DNA from: Gemmatimonadota bacterium | Lineage (GTDB): Bacteria > Gemmatimonadota > Gemmatimonadetes > Gemmatimonadales > GWC2-71-9 | DNA: 64,000 nucleotides | NCBI GenBank assembly: GCA_036679605.1 | Contig: JAZDCZ010000419.1 | Location: forward strand, 64,001-128,000 | Direction: 5' to 3' | Shown: positions 39,221 through 50,069 of the stretch, in pieces | Position numbering within the stretch: the stretch's first letter is position 1 | How the letters are laid out: every line of letters begins with the position of its first letter | Made by a program: the position numbers and the translations under genes | Notes under the pieces: generated by a model | Told to the model about the DNA's origin: nothing | The model's database searches: none | What the model saw: the letters and a program-made list of their open reading frames with translations, nothing else

Positions 39221-40687
39221 ATGACGGTCCCGAGTCAGGTAGTCGAAGCGCTCATGGATGTGGTGGGTCCGCGCTGGCTGAGGAGTACTCGCTCTGAGCT
39301 AGGCACCTACGCGACGGATGGGCTTCCCACTCACTACTCACCACCCGGTATCGCGGTTCTCCCCGGATCCCGCGACGAGATCGTTCGTGTGCTCCGCATA
39401 CTCCATCACCACAGAATTCCGTTCGTAGCCAGGGGAGCCGGAACTGGCCTGTCCGGAGGCGCCCTAGCAGCGTCCGACGGGGTGCTGGTCGTCCTCACAC
39501 GCATGACCCACATACTCGAAATCGACCCCCTGAATCGTCGAGCAGTGGTGGAGCCCGGTGTGGTCAATGAGCGGTTGTCGAAGGCGGCTGCGCCGCATGA
39601 CCTACACTACGCCCCTGATCCATCTAGTCAGTCGGCATGCACAATAGGTGGCAACGTAGCCGAGAACGCCGGCGGTCCGCACTGCCTGAAATATGGCGTA
39701 ACGTCCAACCACGTCCTGGCACTCGAGGTCGCGCTTGCCGACGGGAGTCTGGTAACACTCGGTTCAGCAAACGGAGAGCAATGGGGACCGGATCTTGTAG
39801 GTCTCTTCGTCGGCAGCGAGGGCATGTTCGGCATTGCAACTCGGATCACCGTCAGGCTCACACCAACGCCCCAGGAAATTCGTACCCTGCTAGCCGATTT
39901 CCTCTCTGTTCGAGCCGCGGGCGAAGCCGTATCGGCCATAATTGCTTCCGGAATTGTCCCTGCAGCCCTGGAAATGATGGACCGAAACTGCGTGGAAGCC
40001 GTTGAGGCGTCTATCTACCGCGCCGGGTATCCTACCGACGCAGCAGCAGTGTTACTGGTGGAAGTAGATGGACCAACTGAGGCACCGGTCACTGCAGAGA
40101 GTGATCAAGTAGAAGAGATCCTGCGAGAAAACGGCGCAAGGACCGTACGAGCAGCACGTGACCAGAAGGAGCGCGAAATTTTGTGGCAGGGCAGGAAGAA
40201 GACATTTGGGGCACTTGGACGCATTAGTCCCGACTTGGCCGTACAAGACGCTGTGGTCCCGCGCTCCACCTTGCCCGACGTGTTGGACCGCATCGCGGCC
40301 GTGGGCAGAGAGTATGGGCTCCCAATCAGCAACGTGTTCCACGCTGGCGACGGCAACCTTCATCCCAACATCAATTTCGACGGATCTAAGCCTGAAGTGG
40401 TTGCAAGGGTGAACAGCGCATCTGCTGCGATCATGCAGATATGCATCGACGCCGGTGGGACGATAACCGGCGAACACGGCGTCGGTAATGACAAGCTCCG
40501 TTATATGCCACTCATCTTTGACCCAGTGACACTCGGTGCGATGAGAGCTGTGCGCAGGGCCTTCGATCCGAACGAACTCGCCAATCCGGGCAAGGTGATT
40601 CCGCTTCACTCCTGTCGCGAATGGTGGTCAACGAGTTCCGCTAGGACCGCCGGACCGCTTCATCACGTAGCGGGACCCCTATCGTGA
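39221..40687 (+). CDS. glcD: Glycolate/lactate oxidase FAD subunit GlcD
   Basis: RGAGTGLSGG, YAPDPSS, ENAGGPHCLKYG, HAGDGNLHP, GEHGVG. Confidence 0.88.
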   Translation: MTVPSQVVEALMDVVGPRWLRSTRSELGTYATDGLPTHYSPPGIAVLPGSRDEIVRVLRILHHHRIPFVARGAGTGLSGGALAASDGVLVVLTRMTHILEIDPLNRRAVVEPGVVNERLSKAAAPHDLHYAPDPSSQSACTIGGNVAENAGGPHCLKYGVTSNHVLALEVALADGSLVTLGSANGEQWGPDLVGLFVGSEGMFGIATRITVRLTPTPQEIRTLLADFLSVRAAGEAVSAIIASGIVPAALEMMDRNCVEAVEASIYRAGYPTDAAAVLLVEVDGPTEAPVTAESDQVEEILRENGARTVRAARDQKEREILWQGRKKTFGALGRISPDLAVQDAVVPRSTLPDVLDRIAAVGREYGLPISNVFHAGDGNLHPNINFDGSKPEVVARVNSASAAIMQICIDAGGTITGEHGVGNDKLRYMPLIFDPVTLGAMRAVRRAFDPNELANPGKVIPLHSCREWWSTSSARTAGPLHHVAGPLS

Positions 40688-41895
40688 TTCGGCGACTTCG
40701 CTCCATGCTCGGTTCGGATATGGTCACTCAGAGTAACTCTGATCGCATCCCAATGGTGGCACCGCACGATGAAGAGGAGTGCGCGATGGTGCTCCACACG
40801 GCCACAGCCGAAGGCTGGCGCGTCAGGGTGCAAGGGATGGGAACTTGGAATCCGGCAGATGCACCCGCCGATTTTGCCCTTACGACCGAACAGTTCAGTG
40901 GCCCTATCGACGTGGCCCCAGCTGATCTCGTCGCAACCGCGGGAGCCGGCATCCGGTGGGACCGATTCCGCAGCCAATTGGCGGAGCACGGAGTGTGGGT
41001 ACCCTCGGATCCTCCCGGGGAGGGCCGTTCGCTCGGCTCTGTGGTTGCAACTGCAACGGCCGGACCCCTAAGGACTGGTTTCGGACCGCTTCGCGATCAC
41101 GTATTGGGGCTGACACTAGTAGCAGGAGACGGCCGCATCATTCGGGTAGGCGGTAAAGTGGCCAAGAACGTTGCCGGCTTCGACGTGACAAAACTCGCCA
41201 CCGGTAGTTTCGGGGCCCTCGGCGTAATAACGTCGGTCAACTTCCGACTGCGGGCAGTACCCAGGGCCGACGTGACATTGGTGGCGAACAACAAACGTGA
41301 CATACTGTTACAAGCGGCACGGAGCATCATTGCTGAGGGAGTTACGCCCGCCGCGCTCGAAATGATCTCGCCCAAAGCCGGAGCTCGGGACGATTGGACT
41401 CTGGCGATGCGCGAAGTAGGAACGGATACAGCCGTCGAAGCTGCGAGATCAACGTTGCTCGCAGTCACGGCTCCACTGTCCATTCGCATGCTACCCCCAG
41501 AAGATGCCGCACGATTCTGGGGATTGGTACGAAGTCGTGCCGTGCATCCTCCGACTACAATCAGGTGTGGCACTGTACCTTCCGGACTAGACGACGCGCT
41601 CGATGCCTTACAGCACCACCTCGACAAACATTGCGAAGACTGGATCACTGTCAACGCTCTAGCGGGAGTGATCAGATGGAGCGGATCCGCACCTGCGGAC
41701 CGCATCAAGTTGTTCCGCCACGTCGCCGCTCAACGAGAAATGCCCGTAACTCTCGAGCGAGCTGATTGGCAGGTGCGTTCTGAGGTCGGGCATTTCGGGG
41801 CATACAGCGAGGGCGTCGGACGCTTGGTGTCGTCTTTGCGCAGAACGTTCGACCCCGCATCCGTGTTGGTTGTACCGATGAGTAATGACACATGA
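40684..41895 (+). CDS. glcE: Glycolate oxidase FAD-binding subunit GlcE
   Basis: GGKVAKNVAGFD, GSFGALG, FDP; lies between glcD and glcF. Confidence 0.85.
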   Translation: MIRRLRSMLGSDMVTQSNSDRIPMVAPHDEEECAMVLHTATAEGWRVRVQGMGTWNPADAPADFALTTEQFSGPIDVAPADLVATAGAGIRWDRFRSQLAEHGVWVPSDPPGEGRSLGSVVATATAGPLRTGFGPLRDHVLGLTLVAGDGRIIRVGGKVAKNVAGFDVTKLATGSFGALGVITSVNFRLRAVPRADVTLVANNKRDILLQAARSIIAEGVTPAALEMISPKAGARDDWTLAMREVGTDTAVEAARSTLLAVTAPLSIRMLPPEDAARFWGLVRSRAVHPPTTIRCGTVPSGLDDALDALQHHLDKHCEDWITVNALAGVIRWSGSAPADRIKLFRHVAAQREMPVTLERADWQVRSEVGHFGAYSEGVGRLVSSLRRTFDPASVLVVPMSNDT

Positions 41896-43139
41896 CGGCA
41901 AATGGATTCAGCGGACTGGACCCGTGCGTTCATTGCGGATTCTGTTTGCAGAGCTGCCCAACCTATCTGGCGACAGGGGACGAGGCAGACAGTCCGCGTG
42001 GACGCATTGTGTTGATGCAAAACTTGGCCTGCGCACAGCTCGCACCCAATGACGAAAAGCTCCTTTACCACATCGATCGCTGCCTAGGCTGCCAGGCTTG
42101 CGAGACTGCGTGTCCGTCCGGTGTGAACTATGCGGCCGCCTTGGAGTCGACACGCGAGTTGTTAGCTAGACATCGGCCACTACCGCTCGTGTCTCGAGCA
42201 GTCAACAAAATTATGGCTGAGCCCTTGTTGCGAACGCCCCTCTTATGGGTGACTCGGCTCGTCCGGCCCATATCAAGGGTGTTGTCCGGCAAGTCCAGTC
42301 TGGGGTTTGCGTTCGGCATGCTCTCGGCAACGCGCAAGACCAACACCCACGAGAGCGATGTGGCGGTCTCCACTTCCACCAATCCTGAACCGTCGTCCGG
42401 AGCAGCCAGCCTTTTCACCGGCTGTATCATGGAAGGTCTGTTCCCGCACGTGAACTCGGCCTGTGAGAGAACACTGGCCGCAAACAATTATCGAATGATT
42501 TCGACTCCCAATCAATCGTGTTGTGGTGCTCTACATGCGCATGCCGGACAGCATGAAGAGGCGCGAACGCTGGCAAGGAAGAATGTTATCGCCTTCAGTA
42601 CGAACCCGGAAATTCCGATCGCCGTCAACAGTGCCGGGTGTGGTGCCATGCTCAAGAACTATGGTCGTCTTCTGGAAGGTGACCTTTTAGAGCACGACGC
42701 TATCGCCTTCGCCGACCGAGTGAAAGACGTGAGCGAATTACTCGCTGACAGAGGACCCCGAGTGGGTGAAAGTGTGCGAATGCGTGTCGCATACGATCCG
42801 CCATGTCATCTGCTGCATGCACAGCGAGTCAAAGATGCGCCAATTGCCATGATGAGTGCGGTCCCCGGCATCGAGATGGTGGCACATATCGAGGCAGAGA
42901 TGTGTTGTGGCAGCGCCGGGAGCTATTCCCTCACAGAACCCGAGTTATCGCACGCGGTTCTGAATCGTAAAGTGATGGCCATCGAGGAAGCAGCACCAGA
43001 CGTCGTGGTTACCGGCAATCCCGGATGCATCATGCAGATTGGAGCGGGTTTGGCAGCCGCCGGCTCGAGTGTGCTGGTCATGCACCCGGTAGAGATATTG
43101 GATTGGTCATATGAACGCGCGGGCTACTATGCCCAATGA
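41892..43139 (+). CDS. glcF: Glycolate oxidase Fe-S subunit GlcF
   Basis: CVHCGFCLQSCPT, CLGCQACETACP, two CCG domains. Confidence 0.88.
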   Translation: MTANGFSGLDPCVHCGFCLQSCPTYLATGDEADSPRGRIVLMQNLACAQLAPNDEKLLYHIDRCLGCQACETACPSGVNYAAALESTRELLARHRPLPLVSRAVNKIMAEPLLRTPLLWVTRLVRPISRVLSGKSSLGFAFGMLSATRKTNTHESDVAVSTSTNPEPSSGAASLFTGCIMEGLFPHVNSACERTLAANNYRMISTPNQSCCGALHAHAGQHEEARTLARKNVIAFSTNPEIPIAVNSAGCGAMLKNYGRLLEGDLLEHDAIAFADRVKDVSELLADRGPRVGESVRMRVAYDPPCHLLHAQRVKDAPIAMMSAVPGIEMVAHIEAEMCCGSAGSYSLTEPELSHAVLNRKVMAIEEAAPDVVVTGNPGCIMQIGAGLAAAGSSVLVMHPVEILDWSYERAGYYAQ

Positions 43140-44124
43140 ACTGCCAGCAGCCATGGTGGCGACAGTAAGCAAGAACGACCTGACGGCCGCCACTCTGCAT
43201 GCGGTGTTTCATGGAGCGGTGGTGGCCAGAGCTAGCGTCTCAACCATCGAAGTCACTGGTTCTGGTGCGTTGCAGTGCATGCAGGGTGTTCTCACCAACG
43301 ATGTCGTCGGCGCTGGTGATGCTTCGTTCACCTACGGCGCTGTCCTCACCGCCAAAGGGAGAATCCTCAGCGACATGTGGGTCGCTCGCGTCGGTGAGCG
43401 AATAATGCTGTTTCCTCCCCGACAGGGTGGGCAGGTGGCTCTCGATACTTTCCGACGGACCATTCCGCCACGGCTCGCCAAGATTTCTGACCTGTCATCC
43501 AAGATCGACGTACTTCGTATCGTGGGGCCGAATGCGGCAAAAGTTGCGACCGACACGGGTTTTCTAGCACCCGAGCGCGGTGGCACCAGTGCGGTTGGCG
43601 ATTGCATCGTAGCGCGCCCCGCGGATGACCAGCCCTTTGTTCTTCAAATTGCGTGCAGCCCGAACGATACCGACACTCATATCGCTACACTTGCTGCGGC
43701 AGGAGCCATCACGTCGGACGATGCTGCGTTAGAGATCCAGCGAATTGTGACTGGGTGGCCCCGGCTAGGGTCGGAGATCGACGACAAGACCTTGCCCCAG
43801 GAGGTCTTGTTCGATGAACTGGGCGGCATCTCATACTCGAAAGGCTGCTACACGGGACAGGAAACGGTAGCGCGGTTACATTTCCGTGGGCACGTGAACA
43901 AGCGAATCGTCGGACTGCGCTGGGACCGTAAGCCAGACGTGAGCGCGAAACGAATCTTACTGGACAATCGAGACGTAGGTCGAGTCAGCAGCACCGCTTG
44001 GCTGGGCTCCAGTAACGGGTATGTGGGCTTGGGAATGGTCCATAAGGACGTAGGCCTCGGCGAAGGCGTGATCGCGGGAGGTGTGTCGGCGTGCGTCGTC
44101 GGTCTTCCATTCGAAGTGGTTTGA
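43129..44124 (+). CDS. ygfZ: YgfZ/GcvT-family folate-binding protein
   Basis: KGCYTGQE signature. Confidence 0.88.
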   Translation: MPNELPAAMVATVSKNDLTAATLHAVFHGAVVARASVSTIEVTGSGALQCMQGVLTNDVVGAGDASFTYGAVLTAKGRILSDMWVARVGERIMLFPPRQGGQVALDTFRRTIPPRLAKISDLSSKIDVLRIVGPNAAKVATDTGFLAPERGGTSAVGDCIVARPADDQPFVLQIACSPNDTDTHIATLAAAGAITSDDAALEIQRIVTGWPRLGSEIDDKTLPQEVLFDELGGISYSKGCYTGQETVARLHFRGHVNKRIVGLRWDRKPDVSAKRILLDNRDVGRVSSTAWLGSSNGYVGLGMVHKDVGLGEGVIAGGVSACVVGLPFEVV

Positions 44125-44136
44125 AGAGGAGACTCC

Positions 44137-44382
44137 ATGGATTTTTGGGTGTTCATTGCTATTATCGTCGTGTGCGGCCCCATCGCCAAGGCAGTGGCTG
44201 TACGCATTCGACGTGGGGACGCTGGTAACCCGGCAGCATTGGGCGAGTCCCGAGAGAGGCTCGACGACATGGAGCAGCGCATCGAAGACACGACCGAGCG
44301 GCTAGCCGAACTGGAAGAGAGACTCGATTTCACCGAACGCATGCTGGCCCAACAGAAAGCCAGCCAACACCTCAACCCTTGA
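44137..44382 (+). CDS. Small membrane coiled-coil protein (PspB-like architecture)
   Basis: N-terminal TM plus LAELEERLDFTERML coiled coil; SD GAGGAG. Confidence 0.7.
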   Translation: MDFWVFIAIIVVCGPIAKAVAVRIRRGDAGNPAALGESRERLDDMEQRIEDTTERLAELEERLDFTERMLAQQKASQHLNP

Positions 44383-44436
44383 GTCTCCAGGCGCGTGCCC
44401 TGGCCCACGATCTACACCAAGGCTAGACTGCACATC

Positions 44437-45225
44437 ATGACAGACGAACGGACCCGTACTTTTGTCATAGTCCGTCAGGACGGTACCGAGACGACCAGCG
44501 CTACGGACTCGGTCGCGGTAGAGGACCCGCTCGAGATCCGCCTGGGCGAGACGCCGCTGGTCGTGACGATGCGAACGCCCGGTGACGACAAGGATCTGAC
44601 GTTGGGTTTTCTCCTCACCGAGGGGATTCTGTTGACGCCTGGCGAGATACTGACCATCGATCGCATCGACAGCTCTCGCGTGTCGGTACAGTTTGCTGAC
44701 GGCGTCGAAGTCGATCCGGGTCGGTTCCAGCGCAACATGTTCGTGTCGAGTTCTTGTGGGGTGTGCGGCAAGGCCTCACTTGAAGCTGTGGAACTCGTGG
44801 CGAGTCCCGCCAAAGATTTCACAGTGAGTCGTTCCGTAGTATCGGCTCTTACAGATCGTCTGCGAGACCATCAGCCGACATTCGATACGACGGGCGGACT
44901 ACACGCAGCGGGGTTGTTCGATCTGGCGGGGCAGACCCTCGCCGTACGAGAAGACGTGGGTCGACACAATGCAGTTGACAAGGTCATCGGCGCAGTCGCC
45001 GCGACAAGCTGGCCGCTGCCATCTTGTCTGCTGATGGTCTCCGGCCGTCAGAGCTTCGAAATTGTACAGAAAGCGGCAGTGGCCGGTGTGGGCGGCGTGA
45101 TCGGAGTGTCTGCACCATCATCGTTGGCGGTCGATCTCGCCACGCGACTGAAAATGCTACTGGTAGGTTTCTCGCGTGGCGATAGGTTCAACTTGTACGC
45201 GGGTGAGCAGAGGCTCCGAGACTAG
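44437..45225 (+). CDS. fdhD: Formate dehydrogenase sulfurtransferase FdhD
   Basis: MRTPG, SSCGVCG, TGGLHAA, REDVGRHNAVDK, SAPSSLA. Confidence 0.95.
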   Translation: MTDERTRTFVIVRQDGTETTSATDSVAVEDPLEIRLGETPLVVTMRTPGDDKDLTLGFLLTEGILLTPGEILTIDRIDSSRVSVQFADGVEVDPGRFQRNMFVSSSCGVCGKASLEAVELVASPAKDFTVSRSVVSALTDRLRDHQPTFDTTGGLHAAGLFDLAGQTLAVREDVGRHNAVDKVIGAVAATSWPLPSCLLMVSGRQSFEIVQKAAVAGVGGVIGVSAPSSLAVDLATRLKMLLVGFSRGDRFNLYAGEQRLRD

Positions 45226-45278
45226 ATTCTTCCGCGGGGTAGCATTTTTCGATCTCGCTGGCAAACTTCATTGCAACA

Positions 45279-46949
45279 ATGACAGACCAAACCCTCGTTA
45301 CCCGCTGGAAGAATGAGCCTGCGCCTCTTCTTCCCATGCTGCACGCATTTCACGACCGCGACGGATTCTTGTCGGATGACGCAATCAGGGCGGTGTCAAA
45401 GGCTCTGAAGATCCCGCTGGCCGATCTGTTCGGCACGATCACCTTTTATCATCACTTCGCCCGCAAACCGCCTTCCAAGAGCCGTGCCCGGGTATGCACT
45501 GGTCCGATCTGCTGCCTGAGGGGTGGCAAAGAATTGCTCCAAGAATTGGAGGGTGACGGCGCCACGTCGATGCCGTGCGCAGGACGATGTGACCAGCCGG
45601 TACCCGTCCTGAACGGGGGTGTCGTGTCGATCGGCACATCCGCGGCAGTACTAGATAACGCACCTAGTCCCGTGCCGATCCCGAATCCCGGAAACTCCGA
45701 AGAATGCGTGTTTGCACATATCCGTGAGGCCGATAGAGCGACCATGGACGGCTATCGCAATACCGGTGGCTACGGCGGCCTTATCAAGGCCGTAACGGAA
45801 ATGAGCCCATCAAATGTGCTCGCTCTCATTGCGGAGAGCAAGCTGGCGGGTCGCGGAGGTGCGGGATTCCCCACCGGCGTGAAGTGGAAAGCTGTGGCAG
45901 ATGCTCCCGGGGCACCCAAGACAATCGTGTGTAACGCAGATGAGGGTGAGCCCGGTTGCTTCAAGGATCGCACAATTCTGGATTACGACCCACATGCTGT
46001 CATAGAGGGTATGGCCGCCGCCGCCTACGCTACCGGCGCGACACGTGGTTTCATCTATCTGAGATACGAATACCCCGAAACTCTCGGCGTTCTCGAGCGC
46101 GCCATCTCCGAGGCGTGTGACGCGGGTTTGCTTGGCAAAAACATCCTTGGCAAGAGCATCGACTTCGATATCTACGTGCGGCGTGGAGCAGGTGCGTACA
46201 TCTGTGGCGAAGAAGGCTCGCTGCTCAACAGTTTGGAGGGCAAACACCCGTTCCCACGTAACCGCCCGCCGTTTCCTGTAACACATGGTTTCGACAACCT
46301 ACCGACGGTAGTTAACAACGTGGAAACGCTTGCGTCGGTGCCACACATTCTGGCACGCGGCGCAGAGTGGTATCAGGCATTGGGCATGAACGACCAGGCT
46401 GGCACGAAACTGATCAGCTTGTCAGGTGATGTTCAGCGGCCCGGCAACTACGAGGTACCGCTCGGCCTGCCGCTTAAGACCTTACTGTACGATTGGGCGG
46501 GCGGCCCACACAAAGGTAGGTCGATCCAGGCGCTCACGATGGCCGGCCTGTCGGGTGGCTTCCTGGCGGGAGAGGACATGCACGTGACGCTGGATGAAAC
46601 CAGTATCCGAAGCAAAGGCTCCTTCTTGGGTGCAGGCGGGATAATGGTGTTCGACGACAGTCGCGATATGATGAAGGTTGCCCATGGCGCGATGGAGTTC
46701 TTCGCCGAGGAGTCATGTGGGAAATGTTTTCCATGTCGAATCGGAACACAGCGTCTCACGGAGAGGTTGGCCGGAGATGCGGGGCCTAAGGAGCTAACGC
46801 CCTGGATCGACGAAGTAAGTGATATTTGCACGACGATGAAAGCAACAAGCGCATGCGGCCTTGGCATAGCCGCGCCCCTGATTCCAGAGAGTTTGGTAAA
46901 GTACTTTCCAGATCGGGTGGCTCATCACGTTACCGATTCTAGTAGGTGA
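45279..46949 (+). CDS. NuoE-NuoF-like fused diaphorase subunit of NAD-dependent FDH
   Basis: N-terminal 2Fe-2S motif (CTGPIC...CAGRC), GRGGAGF, NADEGEPG, GAYICGEE, ESCGKCFPCRIG. Confidence 0.9.
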   Translation: MTDQTLVTRWKNEPAPLLPMLHAFHDRDGFLSDDAIRAVSKALKIPLADLFGTITFYHHFARKPPSKSRARVCTGPICCLRGGKELLQELEGDGATSMPCAGRCDQPVPVLNGGVVSIGTSAAVLDNAPSPVPIPNPGNSEECVFAHIREADRATMDGYRNTGGYGGLIKAVTEMSPSNVLALIAESKLAGRGGAGFPTGVKWKAVADAPGAPKTIVCNADEGEPGCFKDRTILDYDPHAVIEGMAAAAYATGATRGFIYLRYEYPETLGVLERAISEACDAGLLGKNILGKSIDFDIYVRRGAGAYICGEEGSLLNSLEGKHPFPRNRPPFPVTHGFDNLPTVVNNVETLASVPHILARGAEWYQALGMNDQAGTKLISLSGDVQRPGNYEVPLGLPLKTLLYDWAGGPHKGRSIQALTMAGLSGGFLAGEDMHVTLDETSIRSKGSFLGAGGIMVFDDSRDMMKVAHGAMEFFAEESCGKCFPCRIGTQRLTERLAGDAGPKELTPWIDEVSDICTTMKATSACGLGIAAPLIPESLVKYFPDRVAHHVTDSSR

Positions 46950-46968
46950 TCTCGCAAGGGAAAATGCA

Positions 46969-49725
46969 ATGATCATGAAACGCAAGGACGTTGAACAGGA
47001 AACCATGACCCTGAACGGTCATGAAGTGACTTTCACCCCGGGCGAGAGCATCTATGAGGTGGCAAAGCGGCACGGCAAGTCTATTCCCACCCTGTGCTAC
47101 GACGAACGCCTAGAGGCCTTCGGTGGATGCCGGCTGTGCGTCGTTGACGTCGAGGGTGCTAAGAACCCGGTTGCGTCATGCACTACGGCAGCAACGCAAG
47201 GAATGGTAGTCCGAACGACAACTGATCAGATAGACTCGTACCGTCGCGTGCTGCTGGAGATGGTCGCATCGGAGAATCGCGAAGTCGATGTTGATCCGCT
47301 GCGCGGTTACGCATCGCAGGAGTTGACCGCGCTTGTAGATCAATACGACGCGCGTACCGGTCGGTTTGCCGGCAAGCGGTCCGGCGCCACACGTCTCGAC
47401 GACGACAACCCGTTCATATACCGCGACTATGATCTCTGCATCTCCTGTTACCGCTGCGTTCGTGTCTGCGCTGAGCGAGAGGGAGATTACGCCATCAGTG
47501 TGATGAACCGTGGATTCGAAACCAAGATCGCCACAGAATTCGAGGGCATACTCAAAGAATCGGCGTGTACATTCTGCGGTCAGTGCGTGCAGACATGTCC
47601 TACCGGAGCGCTCGCCGACCGCAAGGCGATGCGCTACGCAGATCTGAATGGCGATATCGAAAAGACGAGAACGATTTGCCCCTATTGCGGTGTTGGCTGC
47701 TCCGTAGATGTTATGACGAAGAACGACACCATGGTGGGTGTACAGCCGGCGATGGACGGTCCGGCAAACGAGGGCGCGCTATGTGTAAAGGGTCAGTTCG
47801 CCTACGATTTCGTACAGCACGCCGACCGTCTGACGGTACCGCTAACGCGCGCCGATGACGGAGAACTACACGAGACCGATTGGGATACAGCACTGGACCG
47901 TGCGGCACACGGCTTCAAGTTGGCGCTGGCAGAACATGGCCGGCATAGCATTTACGGCATCGCATCGGGCCGCGCACCGGGAGAAGCGGCGTATACGATG
48001 CAGAAGTTTATCCGTGCCGGGTTCGGTACGAATTACATAGACAACTGTAGCCGTGCTTGACACTCTCCCACGGTTGCCGGTCTGGCAGCCACGATCGGAC
48101 GAGGGGCCATGTCGAATCCACTGGCCGACATGGACAAACCTGACGTATTCTTCTGTATCGGCACCAACATGACCGAGTGCCATCCTGTGGCAGCGACACG
48201 TATCAAGCGTGCGCTTGCGCAGGGTGCCAAGATGATCGTTGCAGACCCGAGAAGGATCGGATTGGCGGAAATCTCCGATCTGTACCTCCCGATCCGAGTA
48301 GGCTCTGATGTGGCGTTGCTGCTGGGCATGGCACACGTGATCGCTCGAGAGGGATTGATCGATCCCGCATTCATCGCCGACCGTACGGTCGAGAGCGAGA
48401 AATTCCTCGAACATGTCAAAGATTTCCCGCCTGAGTGGGCACAGGAGATCACAGGCGTACCGGCCGGAGACATCGAGCAAGCCGCATTGTGGTTCGGCAA
48501 AGCCGATCGCGGGGCCATTTACTACACACTCGGTGTCACGGAACACATCTGCGGAGTCGACAACGTCCAAAGTCTCTGCAACCTGGCGTTGATGACCGGA
48601 AATATTGGCCGTGAGGGCACCGGCATCAATCCGATGCGCGGGCAGAACAATATCCAGGGTGCGGGCGACTGCGGGGCGTTGCCCAACAACTATCCTGGGT
48701 TCCAACCGGTTACTGACCCCAACAATCAGGAGAAGTTCGAGAGGCTGTGGGGCAAGAAGGTCGACTTGGAGAAGGGCATCACGAAAGTCGCCGCCTTAGA
48801 CCAGTGCGGTGACCAGATCCGAGCGATGTTGATCGATGGCGAGAACACGCTCGTGTCGGATCCCAACCGCAAGCACTGCGAACATGCACTCAAGAGCCTC
48901 GATCACCTGATCGTGATCGACATTTTCTTGACTGAAACTGCACAACTGGCTGACGTCGTGTTCCCTGCGACCGCATGGGGTGAAACCGATGGCACCTGCG
49001 CCAACACCGAGCGCCGAGTGCAGCGGCTGCGGAAGGCGGTAGATCCGCCGGGGGAGGCGAAGCCCGATTGGTGGATCGTTGCACAACTTGCCAAGCGACT
49101 CGGCTGGAGTGGTTTTGATTGGACCGAGCCCAAGGAGATCTTCGATGAACTGTGCGATCTGTCGCCGATTTATCACGGACTCGATTGGGATCGGATAGAA
49201 CACGGCGAGTACCAATGGCCGGTGCCCGAGAAGGGACATCCTGGCACGCCGCGGCTGCACGAGAAAGAGTTTCCCATCGGGCGGGGGATCTTCAAGTTGG
49301 TCAAGTACCGCGATCCCGCCGAAACAATCAGCGATGAATACCCTATATGGCTCACGACCGGCCGCAGGCTAGAGTCGTATCACACTCGTACGCAGACCGG
49401 CCGGGCTGCCGGTATCGATTATCTGTTGCCTGAGGAAACACTCGAGGTTCATCCGGACGATGTAGAGGCTTGGGGCCTAAGAGACGGTAGCTTTTGCCAG
49501 CTTACCAGTCCGCGCGGGTCGGTCGAAATCAAGGTCAAGGCAACGCGCAGGAGCCCCAGGGGCACCGTATTCGCCAGCTTCAGTTTCAGCGACGTTCCTA
49601 TTAACGCCCTAACCGGATCGGGTTACGATCCAATTACTGACACGGCGGAACTCAAGGTCTGCACGGTGAACGTGAGACCATGTGAGAGCGGTGTGGTGGA
49701 GCCGAAGACGAGGATGCAGGTATAG
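46969..49725 (+). CDS. fdhF: Formate dehydrogenase alpha subunit, selenocysteine-containing (918 aa)
   Basis: Two track ORFs are in frame across TGA 48058-48060, giving DNCSRA-U-HSPTVAGL. Fe-S motifs and RGQNNIQG present. Confidence 0.92.
48058..48090 (+). other. Sec UGA codon and bacterial SECIS element
   Basis: TGA-11nt-GGTTGCC-GGTCT-GGCAGCC hairpin; resembles the E. coli fdhF SECIS. Confidence 0.88.
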
Positions 49726-49760
49726 CCGGGAGAGAAGGTGATGACGAGTACAGGTGACAC

Positions 49761-50069
49761 ATGATCCCATTACTTGAACAGAAGCTGGCGGCCATCGCGC
49801 AGCTCTGCCGCCGCTACCACGTCGCGCGGCTCGACGTGTTCGGCTCGGCTGCGACCGGCGCCTTCGACCCCACGAGGAGCGATCTGGATTTCCTGGTGGA
49901 GTTCCAGCGCACGGCCGAGATGACGCTGGCAGATCAGTACTTCGGGCTCTGGGAGGAGATCCGTGAGCTGCTCGGCCGGGACGTCGACCTTCTCACGCCG
50001 CGCTCGCTTAGGAACCCGTACTTCATTGCAGCAGTCGAACGGAGCCGCCAGGAGCTATATGCGGCCTGA
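49761..50069 (+). CDS. Minimal nucleotidyltransferase (MNT/MntA-type antitoxin)
   Basis: VFGSAATG...SDLDFLVEF, LLGRDVDL. Confidence 0.9.
   Translation: MIPLLEQKLAAIAQLCRRYHVARLDVFGSAATGAFDPTRSDLDFLVEFQRTAEMTLADQYFGLWEEIRELLGRDVDLLTPRSLRNPYFIAAVERSRQELYAA

Noticed and set aside
48058..48108. FDH alpha as a nonsense pseudogene or two genes
   Set aside because: The TGA is at the catalytic Cys/Sec column and is followed by a SECIS-like hairpin.
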